Shown here one piece after another: positions 9,543 through 24,304 of a stretch of DNA of 64,000 bases. This stretch comes from Octopus vulgaris (lineage: Eukaryota), in NCBI GenBank assembly GCA_951406725.2, contig OX597840.1:24180001-24244000 (forward strand), in the 5' to 3' direction. The notes beneath the pieces are model-generated. The model searched no databases. It saw only the letters and a list, made by a program, of their open reading frames with translations, and was not told the origin of the DNA. The stretch's first letter is position 1. The number at the start of each line of letters is the position of its first letter. Made by a program: the position numbers and the translations under genes.

Positions 9543-9878
9543 AGGTGCAGGAGTGGCTGTGTGGTAAGTAGCTTGCTAACCAACCACATGGTTCCGGGTT
9601 CAGTCAAACTGTGTGGCATCTTGGGCAAGTGTCTTCTGCTATAGCCCCGGGCCGACCAAAGCCTTGTGAGTGGATTTGGTAGACGGAAACTGAAAGAAGT
9701 CTGTCGTATATATGTATATATATATATGTATGTATGTGCATGTGTTTGTGTCTATTGCTTGTCAATCGATGCTGGTGTGTTTACGTCCCCGTCACTTAGT
9801 GGTTCAGCAAAAGAGACTGATAGAATAAGTACTGGGCTTACAAAGAATAAGTCCTGGGGTCGATTTGCTCAACTAAAG
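9543..9878 (+). mobile_element. tRNA-derived SINE family 2, 3'-deleted in this unit
   Basis: GG(C/T)GCAGGAGTGGCTGTGTGGTAAG...GGGTTCAGTC head, internal (TA)/(TG) tract. Full copy at 35203-35617. Confidence 0.8.
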
Positions 9879-10332
9879 TAGTTAAGTTACCTTTTTGAGA
9901 GAAAGACTTTTCACATACATCACAGTGATAAGGCTTCTCTCCTGTGTGAATGTGTTTGTGAGAAATTAAGGTATGGTTCTGAGAGAAGGATTTACCACAG
10001 ATATCACACAGTATGGCTTCTCTCCTGTGTGAACACGTTTGTGTTTGATTAAGAGATCGCTCTGTGAAAAAGACTTTCCACAGATATCGCAGTGATATGG
10101 CCTCCCTCCTGTATGAATACGTTTGTGTTTAGCTAAGTGATGATTTAAAGAGAATGATTTACCACAGATATCACAGTGATACGGCTTCTCTTTACTATGA
10201 ATGTGTTTATGAGGATTTAAGTCACCAGCGAGTGACTTTCCACAGGTATCACAGTAGCATGGTTTCTCTCCAGTATGGAAGGGTTTGTGTTTAGTTAAAT
10301 GTTGATTTTGTGAGAATGATTTACCACAAATA
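9879..10332 (-). pseudogene. Out-of-frame zinc-finger relics downstream of the G2 stop (about 5.5 fingers)
   Basis: The finger repeat continues after a 2-bp deletion (TATCAGTG vs TATCACAGTG). The distal fingers match the translated C-terminal fingers of G5. Confidence 0.85.
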
Positions 10333-12204
10333 TCAGTGATATGGTTTCTCTCCTGTATGAATACGTTTATGGTTAGTTAAGGCATCGCTCTGTGAAAACG
10401 ATTTACCACAGATATCACAATGATATGGTTTCTCTCCTGTGTGAATGTATTTGTGAGTAGTTAAGTTGTGATTTCGAGAGAATGATTTACCACAGATATC
10501 ACAATGATATGGTTTCTCTCCTGTGTGAATGTATTTGTGAGTAGTTAAGTTGTGATTTCGAGAGAATGATTTACCACAGATATCACAATGATATGGTTTC
10601 TCTCCTGTGTGAATACGTTTGTGAGTGGTTAGGGTCACTATTTCAGAGAATGATTTACCACATATATCACAATGATAAGGTTTCTCTCCTGTGTGAATAC
10701 GTTTGTGAATAGTTAAGGTGATTATGAGAGAATGATTGGCCACAGGTACCACACTGATATGGTTTCTCTGCCTGTATGAATACGTTTGTGACTCGTTAGG
10801 TTTTGATTTCTGAGAGAATGATTTACCACAGATATCACAATGATATGGTTTCTCTGCCGTATGAATACGTTTATGAGTGGTTAGGTTGCTATTTCCAGAG
10901 AATGATTTACCACAGATATCACAATGATATGGTTTCTCTCCTGTATGAGTACGTTTGTGAATGGTTAGGTCACTACTTCTAGAGAATGATTTACCACAGA
11001 TATCACAATGATATGGTTTCTCTCTTGTATGAGTACGTTTGTGAGTAGTTAAGTGGTCATTTTGAGAGAATGATTTACCACAGATATCACACTGATATGG
11101 TTTCTCTCCTGTATGAGTACGTTTGTGAATGGTTAGGACACTATTTCCAGAGTATGATTTACCACAGATATCACAATGATATGTTTTCTCTCCTGTATGA
11201 GTACGTTTGTGAATGGTTAGGACACCATTTCCAGAGAATGATTTTCCACAGATATCACACTGATCTGGTTTCTCTCCTGTATGAGTACGTTTGTGAATGG
11301 TTAGGACACTGTTTCTAGAGAATGATTTACCACAGATATCACACTGATATGGCTTCTCTCCTGTATGAGTACGTTTGTGAATGGTTAGGACACTATTTCC
11401 AGAGTATGATTTACCACAGATATCACAATGATATGGTTTCTCTCCTGTATGAGTACGTTTGTGAATGGTTAGGACACTATTTCCAGAGAATGATTTACCA
11501 CAGATATCACACTGATATGGTTTTTCTCCTGTATGAGTACGTTTGTGAATGGTTAGGTCGCGATTTCCAGAGAATGATTTACAACAGATATCACAATGAT
11601 ATGGTTTCTCTCTTGTATGAGTACGTTTGTGAGTAGTTAAGTGGTGATTCTGAGAGAATGATTTACCACAGATATCACACTGATATGGTTTCTCTGCTGT
11701 ATGAATACATTTGTGAGTGGTTAGGTTGCTATTTCCAAAGAATGATTTACAACAGATATCGCAATGATATGGTTTCTCTGCTGTATGAATACGTTTGTGA
11801 GTGGTTAGGTCGCTATTTCCAGAGAATGATTTACCACAGATATCGCAATGATGCGACTTAACCACAATGTGGATACATTTGTGAATAGCTAAGCTATGAT
11901 TCTGAGAGAATGATTTACCACAGGTATTACAGCGATACGGCTCGACATCTGCGTGAATGTGTTTATGTGTGGTCAAACGAACCTTTTCAGAGAATGATTT
12001 ACCACAGATGTCACAGTGATAGAGATCCTCTCCTGCATGGAAACATTTGTGCATCGTCTGTTCATCTTTGAGAAAGAAGGACTTGTTGCAGACATCACAG
12101 TGAAATGATGTTTTCTCTTCTTCTTCTGTTTCATCTTCAGTAAAATCAATCCTTAACGACTGTGTATTACAATTAACCTCATTATCACGTAATTCATTTT
12201 CCAT
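10333..12204 (-). CDS. Poly-C2H2 zinc-finger protein G2 (about 623 aa, about 21 finger units, two scrambled by compensating indels)
   Basis: ORF 10333-12225; the conserved ATG is at 12204. [13 protein letters not shown](T/I)HTGEKPY repeats. Confidence 0.9.
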   Translation of the reverse strand: MENELRDNEVNCNTQSLRIDFTEDETEEEEKTSFHCDVCNKSFFLKDEQTMHKCFHAGEDLYHCDICGKSFSEKVRLTTHKHIHADVEPYRCNTCGKSFSQNHSLAIHKCIHIVVKSHHCDICGKSFSGNSDLTTHKRIHTAEKPYHCDICCKSFFGNSNLTTHKCIHTAEKPYQCDICGKSFSQNHHLTTHKRTHTREKPYHCDICCKSFSGNRDLTIHKRTHTGEKPYQCDICGKSFSGNSVLTIHKRTHTGEKPYHCDICGKSYSGNSVLTIHKRTHTGEKPYQCDICGKSFSRNSVLTIHKRTHTGEKPDQCDICGKSFSGNGVLTIHKRTHTGEKTYHCDICGKSYSGNSVLTIHKRTHTGEKPYQCDICGKSFSQNDHLTTHKRTHTREKPYHCDICGKSFSRSSDLTIHKRTHTGEKPYHCDICGKSFSGNSNLTTHKRIHTAEKPYHCDICGKSFSQKSKPNESQTYSYRQRNHISVVPVANHSLIITLTIHKRIHTGEKPYHCDICGKSFSEIVTLTTHKRIHTGEKPYHCDICGKSFSRNHNLTTHKYIHTGEKPYHCDICGKSFSRNHNLTTHKYIHTGEKPYHCDICGKSFSQSDALTNHKRIHTGEKPYH

Positions 12205-13752
12205 TATTTTTCTCCTCTCACACAAAGTTCAAATGTTTTTCTTTTTTTTTTATATTCTATTCCCCAGTTATTTCTGTTGCTTGAAATGCTTAGCGGTATT
12301 TCGTCTGTCTGTTTGTTCTGAGTTTGCCATTCACCCTTTCGGGGTCAATAATTAAAGTACCAGTTTCACACTGGGGTAGATATAATCGACTTAATCCCTT
12401 TGTCTGTCCTTGTTTGTCCCCTCTATGTTTAGCCACCTAGTGGGCAATAAAGAAATATATACTTTCATCAACTGTAATCATTGTCAATATCTGAGGGGGC
12501 TGCCAATTCCTTTGCAATCCAGGTTTAATTAGAATACAGGATTGGTTTTCTTGCACCCATTCCAGGCAGTAAAGTACAGAAATACTGCTAAAAATCACTC
12601 ACCCAAAGAAAATCTTTTACAATTCTATAATCGATTTATATAAACAGGGTAATATTTCTTGTGTGTAGCATCTTAGTTTCATCTTAAAGAATATATCATA
12701 TATATTCATGATGTGTTCGATGTAAAATCTTCTTTTTTGCTAAATATCCTCTCTGATACTCTGAAATAAAAAAGAAATAATATGAGATATAGAATATACT
12801 TGAAAAGTAAAGATTAAATAATGAAAATTTTATTACGTTTTTATACTGATAAACGTTAACACATCAGTCTGACAAACAAACAAGGAGATTATAAGGTAGT
12901 CATGGGATGTGCTAAAAATAATAGCTAAATAGCTCTTAAATCACGCAGCAATTTTAAAAATTTTGTTTTGGTTTTTGCACAATCCTATGAATTACAAATT
13001 CGCAAATTCTAAAAGTTCCCAAAAGTTTTGAACCAACAAAGAATTTACGATTTACATCTGCTGTTTGTTTGTTGAGCGAAGCAATCTTCGTCCCCGGAGC
13101 TCGCAAGATGGAAGAAGTCGGAAACGTGGTCCTTTGCTATTCGTAAGACCCGCAGAAGAGAAAGCAGGTCAGACACCGAGAGCATCGACGGATGGATGAA
13201 TGCGCATCCAGGCTCGGCGGTTGCGTAGGAAGTCGGGGGACAAGAAACAGGAAGAAAGAGTGAGAGAAAGCTGGGGCGAAAGAGCACAACAGTGGTCGCC
13301 ACAACCCTCTGCTGGAGCATCGTGGAGCTTTAGGTGTTTTCGCTCAATAAACACTCACAACGCCCGGTCTGGGAATCGAACCCGCGATCCTCCGAATGCG
13401 AGTCCGCTGCCCTAACCACTGGGCCATTGCGACTCCACTTACATCTGTTTTATATGAAATACCAGAAGTTATTGTGTTAAAAAGAGCAAGGACTAATGTT
13501 TACATTGAAACGGTTGATGATGATGATATATATATATATATATTTATTGCCCACAAGGGGATATACAAAGAGGGGACAAACAAGGACAGACATAGGGATT
13601 AAGTCGTTTACATCGAACCCAGTGCATAACTAGTACTTAATTTATCGACCCTGAAAGATGAAAGGCAAAGTCGACCTCAGTGGAATTTGAACTCATAACG
13701 TAAAGACACATGCATTTCGCCCGTCGTGCTAATGTTGCTGCCAGCTCGCCAC

Positions 13753-13789
<37 letters not shown>

Positions 13790-14627
13790 TTTTATTTTAT
13801 AGAAGGAGCTTCTACAGTACTAGCACTGTTTCATTCAGATGAAACAATTCTAGTCCTGTAGAAGCTCCTTCTATAAAATAAATTACTTTACTCTGCTATC
13901 TATTGAGTACCTTATTTACTGTGATTAACCCCGACTCAACTCGGGACCTACATATATATATATATTGGTAAAACGGTTAGATAACAAAAGAAAGAAAGAG
14001 ACCTCAATATTATGTAAATAGAGGAAATTTATCTATAAAATAATAAGTTACATTTACTCAATAGTCAAGATAAAACTCTGAGTTTCAGATGCCGAAGTGG
14101 AAATCCACAACACCATCTCTTCGGTTATCTGGCCATCTGAAAAAACGCTATCAAAAAATACCGTTATATAAAGGGAAATTATTGTATTATAATTCTGCGC
14201 GCGAAAACCCACGTGCGTACTTATACGTCACTATGGAAACGTACACATCTTCACTCGCATTTTTCGCCAAATATATACGCATATATATACAACCTCATAC
14301 ACACACACATGCGTACCGTAAAAGTTCATACATACGTCTATATACGCACAAACACAAGAAAAACCATGGTTAAAGGTAACAGAAAAAAAAACATAAGGAA
14401 GTATACAAAGCATAAAAACCACGTTCATATACGGACATGCCCCTATGCACTCATACACACACACGCGCCCATATATGTACATACCCGCACATATTTATAT
14501 ACGCATACATACACACGCATATACAAAAAATGAATATATATATGTCCCCCCCCACAAAAAAATGGAAAAATACTAAGTAAAAACGTATATATATATATAT
14601 ATGTGCATTCTCATGCCCGCAGACACG

Positions 14628-14671
<44 letters not shown>

Positions 14672-15029
14672 TATATATATATATATACATATATATGCAC
14701 ACACACACACACAAAAGTTGGCGATTACAAAGGAATTTCACAAGAATCATATATATAGTGGAAGCCGCTTATTGTTATCAATTCCGTACAGCATTGGCCA
14801 ACACCTAACATATGACGTTAAACAAATGTAAAGTCTGAACCAATTAATTTTGATAACAATAACCGGCTGATAACGTTATCCGCTATTCCGATTGACCGCC
14901 ACTCCATTCCTGCCCAGCCTACATCAATACACAACAAACTACGGCATTTCTATAAATCGCAGTATTTGCTATACAACGTCTTCAATCAGATCGTATTCCT
15001 CTCCAATATATATACATATATATATAATA

Positions 15030-15136
15030 ACTTACCCCTGATGCTTAATAAATAAATAAATATTTATTTACTTTCGATTTCGTCTCCAAAGAATTGAAGA
15101 AACGTGACAAGCCGGAAGTAAGGTGCGTCATGTGAC
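15030..15136 (-). promoter_or_regulatory. Candidate promoter and non-coding exon 1 of G2
   Basis: ETS-type CCGGAAGT (15112) and E-box-like GTCATGTGAC (15127) lie about 80-100 bp upstream of a consensus donor CAGGG|GTAAGT on the minus strand (GT at 15035-34). Confidence 0.55.
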
Positions 15137-15253
15137 TTAGACTCTTTAATATATGAAACCACAAAGAGTGCTGCTGACACAAAAGCGAAACTAAGAAGGA
15201 AGGGGGAACGTAATATTGTTGTTGACTATCACCATGGTTACTGTCTAAGCGGA

Positions 15254-15317
15254 AGGCGCATGGCTCGGTGGTTAGCGCATCGGGCTATCAATCGCGAGTT
15301 AGTGAGTTCGATTCCCT
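15254..15317 (+). mobile_element. Isolated tRNA-like SINE head (Pol III A and B boxes), divergent from the candidate promoter
   Basis: GGCGCATGGCTCGGTGGTTAGCGCATCGGGCTATCAATCGCGAGTTAGTGAGTTCGATTCCC. Copies at about 23785, 41695, 52694, 63297. Confidence 0.65.
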
Positions 15318-15780
15318 GGATCTTTTCGTTTTGACTGGCAGATTTTTAAAATAATTTCTTTGCAACTAGACACTTTTAAACTTAAGTACCAGATATGCAC
15401 TGGGGTCGATGTAATCAACTTAATCCCTTTGTCTGTCCTTGTCTGTTCCCTCTTATCTTTTCGGTTTGAACAGCAGGTTTTAACATAATTTCTAGGTAAC
15501 TAAACACTTTGAAACTTCGTGTAATGGTAGAATGTTACATAAAACATCATTTTCTCTTGGCTTTCTTGAGAAAATTCTGTAGTTTGTAAGCTACAATTAT
15601 TGCTGTTGATAAACTAGGGCAGATATTGTATTCACCTCAATAGACGTCATTGATTGGTTGAAATTGCCGAAATGCAAGAAATTAAACAACAAATAGCTTA
15701 CAAGCTACAGAATTTTCTCAAGAAATCCAAGAGAAAAAGATGTTTTATAAACACATTCTACCAGTATACAAAGTTTAAAG
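15318..15780. mobile_element. Rearranged fragments of the GGATCTTTTCGGTTTGAACGGCAG MITE family with a SINE-3 piece
   Basis: TIR-like starts at 15318 and about 15455; internal similarity to 21330-21725. Paralogous at 52757-53190 and 5078-5266. Confidence 0.6.
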
Positions 15781-15869
15781 AATAAGTCCTGGGGTCGATT
15801 TGATCGACTAAAGGCGGTGCTCCAGCATGGCCACAGTCACATGACTGAAACAAGTAAAAGAGTAAAGAG

Positions 15870-16117
<248 letters not shown>

Positions 16118-16335
16118 AGCATTTCTTTCTTCGAAAAGGACGATTCTTTTCTTCAGCTTTAAAGCTTCAGCAAAATTGCTTTGAGTGTTCATGTTGGTGG
16201 TGGTGGCCATGTTATAGCAGTAAGGGTTGTCTTTACTTCTTTGTATCATCTAAGGCCAGACTGGCAGGTTTTCTGTGTGCGTTCAAGCGGAACAACTTCC
16301 TTTTCAGACAGACAGATAGACAAACAGAGAGATAG

Positions 16336-16574
16336 GGTACTACTTGAGAACAGTAGTCCCGGTGCGCGCACTCACGCTAGCTAGTCGTGACTAGTCGATC
16401 CTACGACTAGCTAGCAAAGTAAATACTACACAAAATAATTTTTTTTACACAAAGTAAATAATTTTTGTTAAAATAAATAAAACACAAAGTAAGGATCGAC
16501 TAGTCATGACAAGCTAGCGCGGATGCACGTGTACGCTAGTGCGCGCACCGGGACCACTCTTCTCAAGTAGTACC
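16336..16574. mobile_element. Second copy of the GGTACTACTTGAGAA MITE
   Basis: TIR pair as at 5958-6173. Confidence 0.8.
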
Positions 16575-17354
16575 GATAGATAGACAGACAGAGATAGATA
16601 GGCACAGATATGCTATAGAAATAAACTTTGACGTACGCACCTTGAAGTTTTCCAGTGTTAAAACTTTCTTTGGAAGTTGCACGTCATCTTCAGCAGGTGC
16701 TTCGTGTGTGTGTGTGTGTGTAGGCAGAGTACGGCCGAATGGTCAAGAAGATCCCTTAACAACCATGAGGTCCCTCGTTTTGTCCTACTGCAAGACACTT
16801 TGGACAAATAATACTTTCTGCAGTGTCCAGTTGACCTGAATGAAATCGGACAGAGGGGAAAGTGCTGAACCCAGGAATTCCAAAGAGGTCAGCTTCGGGT
16901 CGCAGAGGTTCTTGTATGATTCCAGCGGAATCCTCGAAGACTCACGGGAATTCCGGAGCAGGGGATTCAGTTGGTCTCACACCTGAATCCTCATCGGCGA
17001 ACGACGGGGATCCACGATGTATAAAAATGTCTGTATAGGTAGAGATGGAAATGGTGAGGATATTAAGAAATGGTTAATAGCAAAATGTGGGAAATAAAAA
17101 AATTGGAATGGGTAGTGAAAAGGAAAACGAAACAGTGAAAGAAATTATATAACTTTGTTTAAGTAATTTTTTTAGTCCTTCCTTTTTTCCGAGTTGTGCG
17201 TTAGATATGAAATTAGATATGAAATCATTCGTATCTAATTCCGGTCTCCTAATAATTATCAGTTATAAAGTGGAATTCATCAAGGAATAAAGATTTGTAT
17301 GAAACTATAGCAGGAAATAAACGGAATTTGCAAGACTGAACGGTTAATGGACGA

Positions 17355-18001
17355 GGGGAAGTAACTCTTCCTTCAACAAAAGTCTTGAATATTTTTATAT
17401 AGTTTCGTGTTTAAATGAAAATTAATTAATTCAACAAATTGTTAGAAACGATCACAAAAGTACAGCCCCCAAAATTACTGCAGGGCTTAATGACTGCCTC
17501 AAGAACCCAGTTTCCACAAAAGCTTTTTGCTGGGAGCTGCACAAAGCCAGATTTCAAGGGAGGGCTGCAATCAGAAAACCACTACTTTCAAAAACAAACG
17601 TTGCAAAGCGTTTAGAGTGGAGTAAAAACCTACAGACTTGGTCCCTAGAGCAGTGGAAGAATGTTATTTTCTAGGACGAGTCATCCATTACCTTATTTCC
17701 GACCACCGGCCGAGTATACGTGTGAAGAGAGCCAAAAGAAGCATTTGACCCAGACTGCCTTCTTCCAACTGTTAAACATGGAGGAGGATCTGTAATGATC
17801 TGGGGAGCTATATCTTGGAAATCTGCCAGCCCAATGGTTCCCCTTCATGGCAGAATTAATAGTCAAAACTATTGAAGCATTTTATCTGATCAAATTCATC
17901 CTATGGTTGTGGAACTGTTTCCGTAGGGAAACGCAAGCTTTCAGGATGATAATGCACCAATTCACACGGCTAAAGTTGTCACTGAATGGCACGAGGAACA
18001 T
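17355..18001 (+). pseudogene. Tc1-like transposase relic, copy 2
   Basis: Near-identical to 6950-7600, with an extra frameshift. Confidence 0.9.
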
Positions 18002-18224
18002 TCATCAACCGTTTGAAAGTAAACATTAGTCCTTACTATTTTTAACACAATAACTTCTGGTATTTCATATACAGCAGATCTTTCCTTCTCCTATGTTTCC
18101 GACGAAGAGCTCCACTAGAAACATTAAACCCTCCTTCTTTCCTGAGCGTCAAATAATACCATATTTGTTCCAAGTCCTCGCGTTGTTGTGTATTTTTTGT
18201 GCTTTCTTCTTTAGATTAACTATA

Positions 18225-18263
<39 letters not shown>

Positions 18264-18978
18264 AACGGTTCGTGGCCGCTGGCAGACTCCCCTGGCACCT
18301 GTGCTGGTGGCATGTAAAAAACACCCACTACACTCGCGGAGTGGTTGGCGTTAGGAAGGGCATCCAGCTGTAGAAACACTACCAGATCAGACTGGGCCTG
18401 GTGCAGCCTCCTGGCTTCCCAGACCCCGGTCGTACCGTCCAACCCATGCTAGCATGGAAAACGGATGTTAAACGATGATCATGATGATGATATATATACA
18501 AATTAAATTCCAGGAAACACTGAAGTAGCATTAATATAGTTTATTCACTGCAAAAATTCAACATGTACACTTACAGCTGTTTCGATTTTGCTCAAAAGAA
18601 ATTCCAATAATTAAAACCTTTAATTGGGCAAAATCTCATCAGAAATTGAATTAAAGAAAAGACTATTGTCTATAAAGTATACAATGTAGAGAAAAAAGAA
18701 GAGCTAACAATTCCAGTCTGTTATATATTTTGAGTATTGTTATCACTAGTGATATCAAGATATAACTTTGTATTTTGCATTTTATGTGTAGATGTATATA
18801 GATAGATGTACATGTAATATGTACACATATATATATACATGCAGTAGCACTATGACCCGGCAACGACGGGTCTTTAATGCTAGTTGGTAAATAAATGGTA
18901 GATAGTGAGTGATATTTCTCACTATAACTACTTTATAATGTATCGATTTAATTATTTTCTAATTTACCACAAATATCA

Positions 18979-20680
<1,702 letters not shown>

Positions 20681-21329
20681 TATTTTTCTTCTCTCACCAC
20701 AAAGTCCAAATGTTTTTCTTTTTTTCTTCTTCTTTTTTTTTAATATTCTATTCCCCAGTTATTTCTGTTGCTTGAAATGCTTAGCGGTATTTCATCTGTC
20801 TTTTTGTTCTGAGTTCAAATTCCACTGAGGTCGACGTTGCCTCTTATTCTTTCAGGGTCAATAAATAAAGTACCAGTTTCACACTGGGGTAGATATAATC
20901 GACTTAATCCCTTTGTCTGTCCTTATTTGTCCCCTGTATGTTTAGGCCCCTAGTGGGCAATAAAGAAATATATATTTCCATCAACTGTAATCATTGTCAA
21001 TATCTGAGGGGCTGCCAATTCCTTTGCAATCCAGGTTTAATTAGAATACAGGATTGGTTTTCTTGCACCCATTCCAGGCAGTAAAGTACAGAAATGCTGC
21101 TAATAATCACACACCCAAAGAAAATCATTTTCTATTCTATAATCGATTTATATAAACAGGGTAATATTTCTTCTGTGTAGCATCTTAGTTTCATCTTAAA
21201 CAATATATCATATATATTCATGATGTGTTCGATGTAACATCTTCTTTTATGTTAAATATCCTCTCTGATACTCTGAAATAAAAAAGAAATAATATGAGAT
21301 ATAGAATATACTTGAAAAGTAGAGATTAC

Positions 21330-21725
21330 AGATCTTTTCGGTTTGAACGGCAGTTTTTCTAGAGGTGTCATATGAAATTGTCACCCATAAGTATGACCCT
21401 AGTATCAATCTATTGCATTTCAATCTGTTTTAGGGTTAGGGGGAAATGTATCTTTTTTCTTCACAAATGTAAATAAACCCAATCTGTTCCTTAAACGAGG
21501 GATATATTCATACGGCACAGAGTGCTTTTTAACTCAATAGACGTCATTGATGGGTTGAAATTGAAGAAAAAAAGAAAAACAAATATCTTACAAACCATTG
21601 AATTTTCTCAATAAAGCCAAGAGAAAATGATGTTTTATAAACGCATTCTACCAGTATACGAAGTTTAAAAGTGTTTAGTTACCTAAAAATTATGTTAAAA
21701 ACTGCTGTTCAAAGCGAAAAAATCC
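21330..21725. mobile_element. MITE with about 27-bp TIRs and 8-9 bp TSD, unique to this unit
   Basis: GATCTTTTCGGTTTGAACGGCAGTTTT ... AAAACTGCTGTTCAAAGCGAAAAAATCC, flanked by GAGATTAC(A) on both sides; internal TTAGGGTTAGGG. Confidence 0.85.
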
Positions 21726-22168
21726 GAGATTACATTTTTATAATGCTATATTTCATATAGCATGAAATTATACCCACCTCATTGTGGATTAACCATGCAT
21801 GGATAGATTCATCGTCTGTGAGTATGAAATACCTCCTCATATCTCTGGATATTTGCACCTACACTATGGAGTGATTCACCTTCTCTGTGAAGCTAATAAG
21901 CTTTTTTAAAACCTGTGATAAGACTGTGCATCGTCATTAAAGAACTTTGGAAGTCTGTTTACAACCTGAATCTGCTTTTTATGAAATTATCTCCGATACT
22001 TCATGAGTGTAACCTCACCCACTAAGATGTTTGGAGAACTCATATGTGTTTTAGCTGATGAGTACGGGGCACTTTTATCTGCTGCAATATTTGCAACTTT
22101 TAATAAAGCCAGTCTTTGTATAAAACAATTGTACTAAAAACTAATCCATTCTGGTTGCTTCTTTCTCG

Positions 22169-22354
<186 letters not shown>

Positions 22355-23558
22355 TTTATTTTATAGAAGGAGTTTCTACAGTACTAGAACTGTTTCATTC
22401 AGATGAAACAGTTCTAGTCCTGTAGAAGCTCCTTCTATAAAATAAATTACTTTACTCTGCTATGTATTGAGTACCTTATTTACTGTGGTTAACCCCGACT
22501 CAACCCGGGACCTACATATATATATATTGGTAAAACGGTAAGATAACAAAAGAAAGAAAGAAAGAGACCTCAATATTATGTAAATAGAGGAAATTTATCT
22601 ATAAATTAATATGTTACATTTACTCGATAGTTAAGATAAAACTCTGAGTTTCAGATGCCGAAGTGGAAATCCACAACACCATCTCTTCGGTTATCTGGCC
22701 ATCTGAAAAAACGGTATAAGAGAATACCGTTATATAAAGGGAAATTACTGTATTATAATTCTGCGCGCGAAAACCCACGTGCGTACTTATACGTCACTAT
22801 GGAAACGTACACATCTTCACTCGCATTTTTCACCAAATATATACGCATATAGATACAACCTCATACACACACACATGCGTACCGTAAAAGTTCATACATA
22901 CGTCTATATACGCACAAACACAAGAAAAACCATGGTTAAAGGTAACAGAAAAAAAATATAATAAGGAAGTATACAAAGCATAAAAACTACGTTCATATCC
23001 GGACATGCCCCTATGCACTCATACACACACACACGCCCATATATGTACATACCCGCACATATTTATATACGCATACATACACACGCATATACAAAAAATG
23101 AATATATATATGTTCCCCCCCCCCCCCGCAAAAAATGGAAAAATACTGAGTAAAAACGTCTATATAAATATATGTGCATTCTTATGCCCGCACACATATA
23201 TACATATATATATATATGTGTGTACATACATACATACACACAAAAGTTGGCGATTACAAAGGGATTTCACAAGGATCATATATATAGTGGAAGCCGCTTA
23301 TTGTGATCATTTCTCCACAGCATTGGCCAACACCTAACAGATGACGTTAAACAAATATAAAGTCTGAACTAATAAATTTTGATAACAATAACCGGCTGAT
23401 AACGTTATCCGCTATTCCGATTGACCGCCACTCCATTCCTGCCCAGCCTACATCAATACACAACAAACTACGGCATTTCTATAAATCGCAGTATTTGCTA
23501 TACAACGTCTTCAATCAGATCGTATTCCTCTCCAATATATATACATATATATATAATA

Positions 23559-23665
23559 ACTTACCCCTGATGCTTAATAAATAAATAAATATTTATTTAC
23601 TTTCGATTTCGTCTCCAAAGAATTGAGGAAACGTGACAAGCCGGAAGTAAGGTGCGTCATGTGAC
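23559..23665 (-). promoter_or_regulatory. Candidate promoter and non-coding exon 1 of G3
   Basis: Same CCGGAAGT / GTCATGTGAC / GGG|GTAAGT block as 15030-15136. Confidence 0.55.
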
Positions 23666-24304
23666 TTAGACTCTTTAATATATGAAACCACAAAGAGTGC
23701 TGCTGACACAAAAGCGAAACTAAGAAGGAAGGGGGAACGTAATATTGTTGTTGACTATCACCATGGTTACTGTCTAAGCGGAAGGCGCAGGGCTCAGTGG
23801 TTAGCGCATCGGGCTATCAATCGCGAGTTAGTGAGTTCGATTCCCTGGATCTTTTCGCTGTTCCACGTTGCCAGCGGAATCCTCGGCGACTCAAGGGAAT
23901 TCCGGAGCAGGGGATTCAGTTGGTCTTACACCTGAATCCTCATCGGCGAACGACGGGGATCCACGATGTAAAAAAATGTCTGTATAGGTATAGATGGAAA
24001 TGGTGAGGATATTAAGAAATGGTTAATAGCAAAATGTGGGAAATAAAAAAATTGGAATGGGCAGTGAAAAGGAAAACGAAACAGTGAAAGAAATTATATA
24101 ACTTTGTTTAAGTAATTTTTTTTAGTCCTTCCTTTTTTCTGAGTTGTGCGTTAGATATGAAATTAGATATGAAATCATTCGTATCTAATTCCGGTCTCCT
24201 AATAATTATCAGTTATAAAGTGGAATTCATCAAGGAATAAAGATTTGTATGAAACTATAGCAGGAAATAAACGGAATTTGCAAGACTGAACGGTTAATGG
24301 ACGA

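Noticed and set aside
11070-11861. Plus-strand ORFs [23 protein letters not shown] (also 19798, 20134, 36788)
   Set aside because: Antisense shadows of the 84-bp finger repeat; no independent coding evidence.
10333-12204. 84-bp periodic repeats with short variable segments resembling a CRISPR array
   Set aside because: They encode C2H2 fingers in frame; the context is eukaryotic and there are no cas genes.
12205-12225. Upstream in-frame start MCERRKIM for G2
   Set aside because: Non-ATG start from the ORF caller and not conserved in frame across paralogs; the conserved ATG at 12204 is preferred.
15254-15317. Possible tRNA gene
   Set aside because: A and B boxes are present, but there is no convincing acceptor stem or cloverleaf; treated as a SINE head. 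tRNAscan-SE would settle it.
21429-21443. Telomeric TTAGGG repeats
   Set aside because: Only two units, internal to a MITE; not an interstitial telomere.
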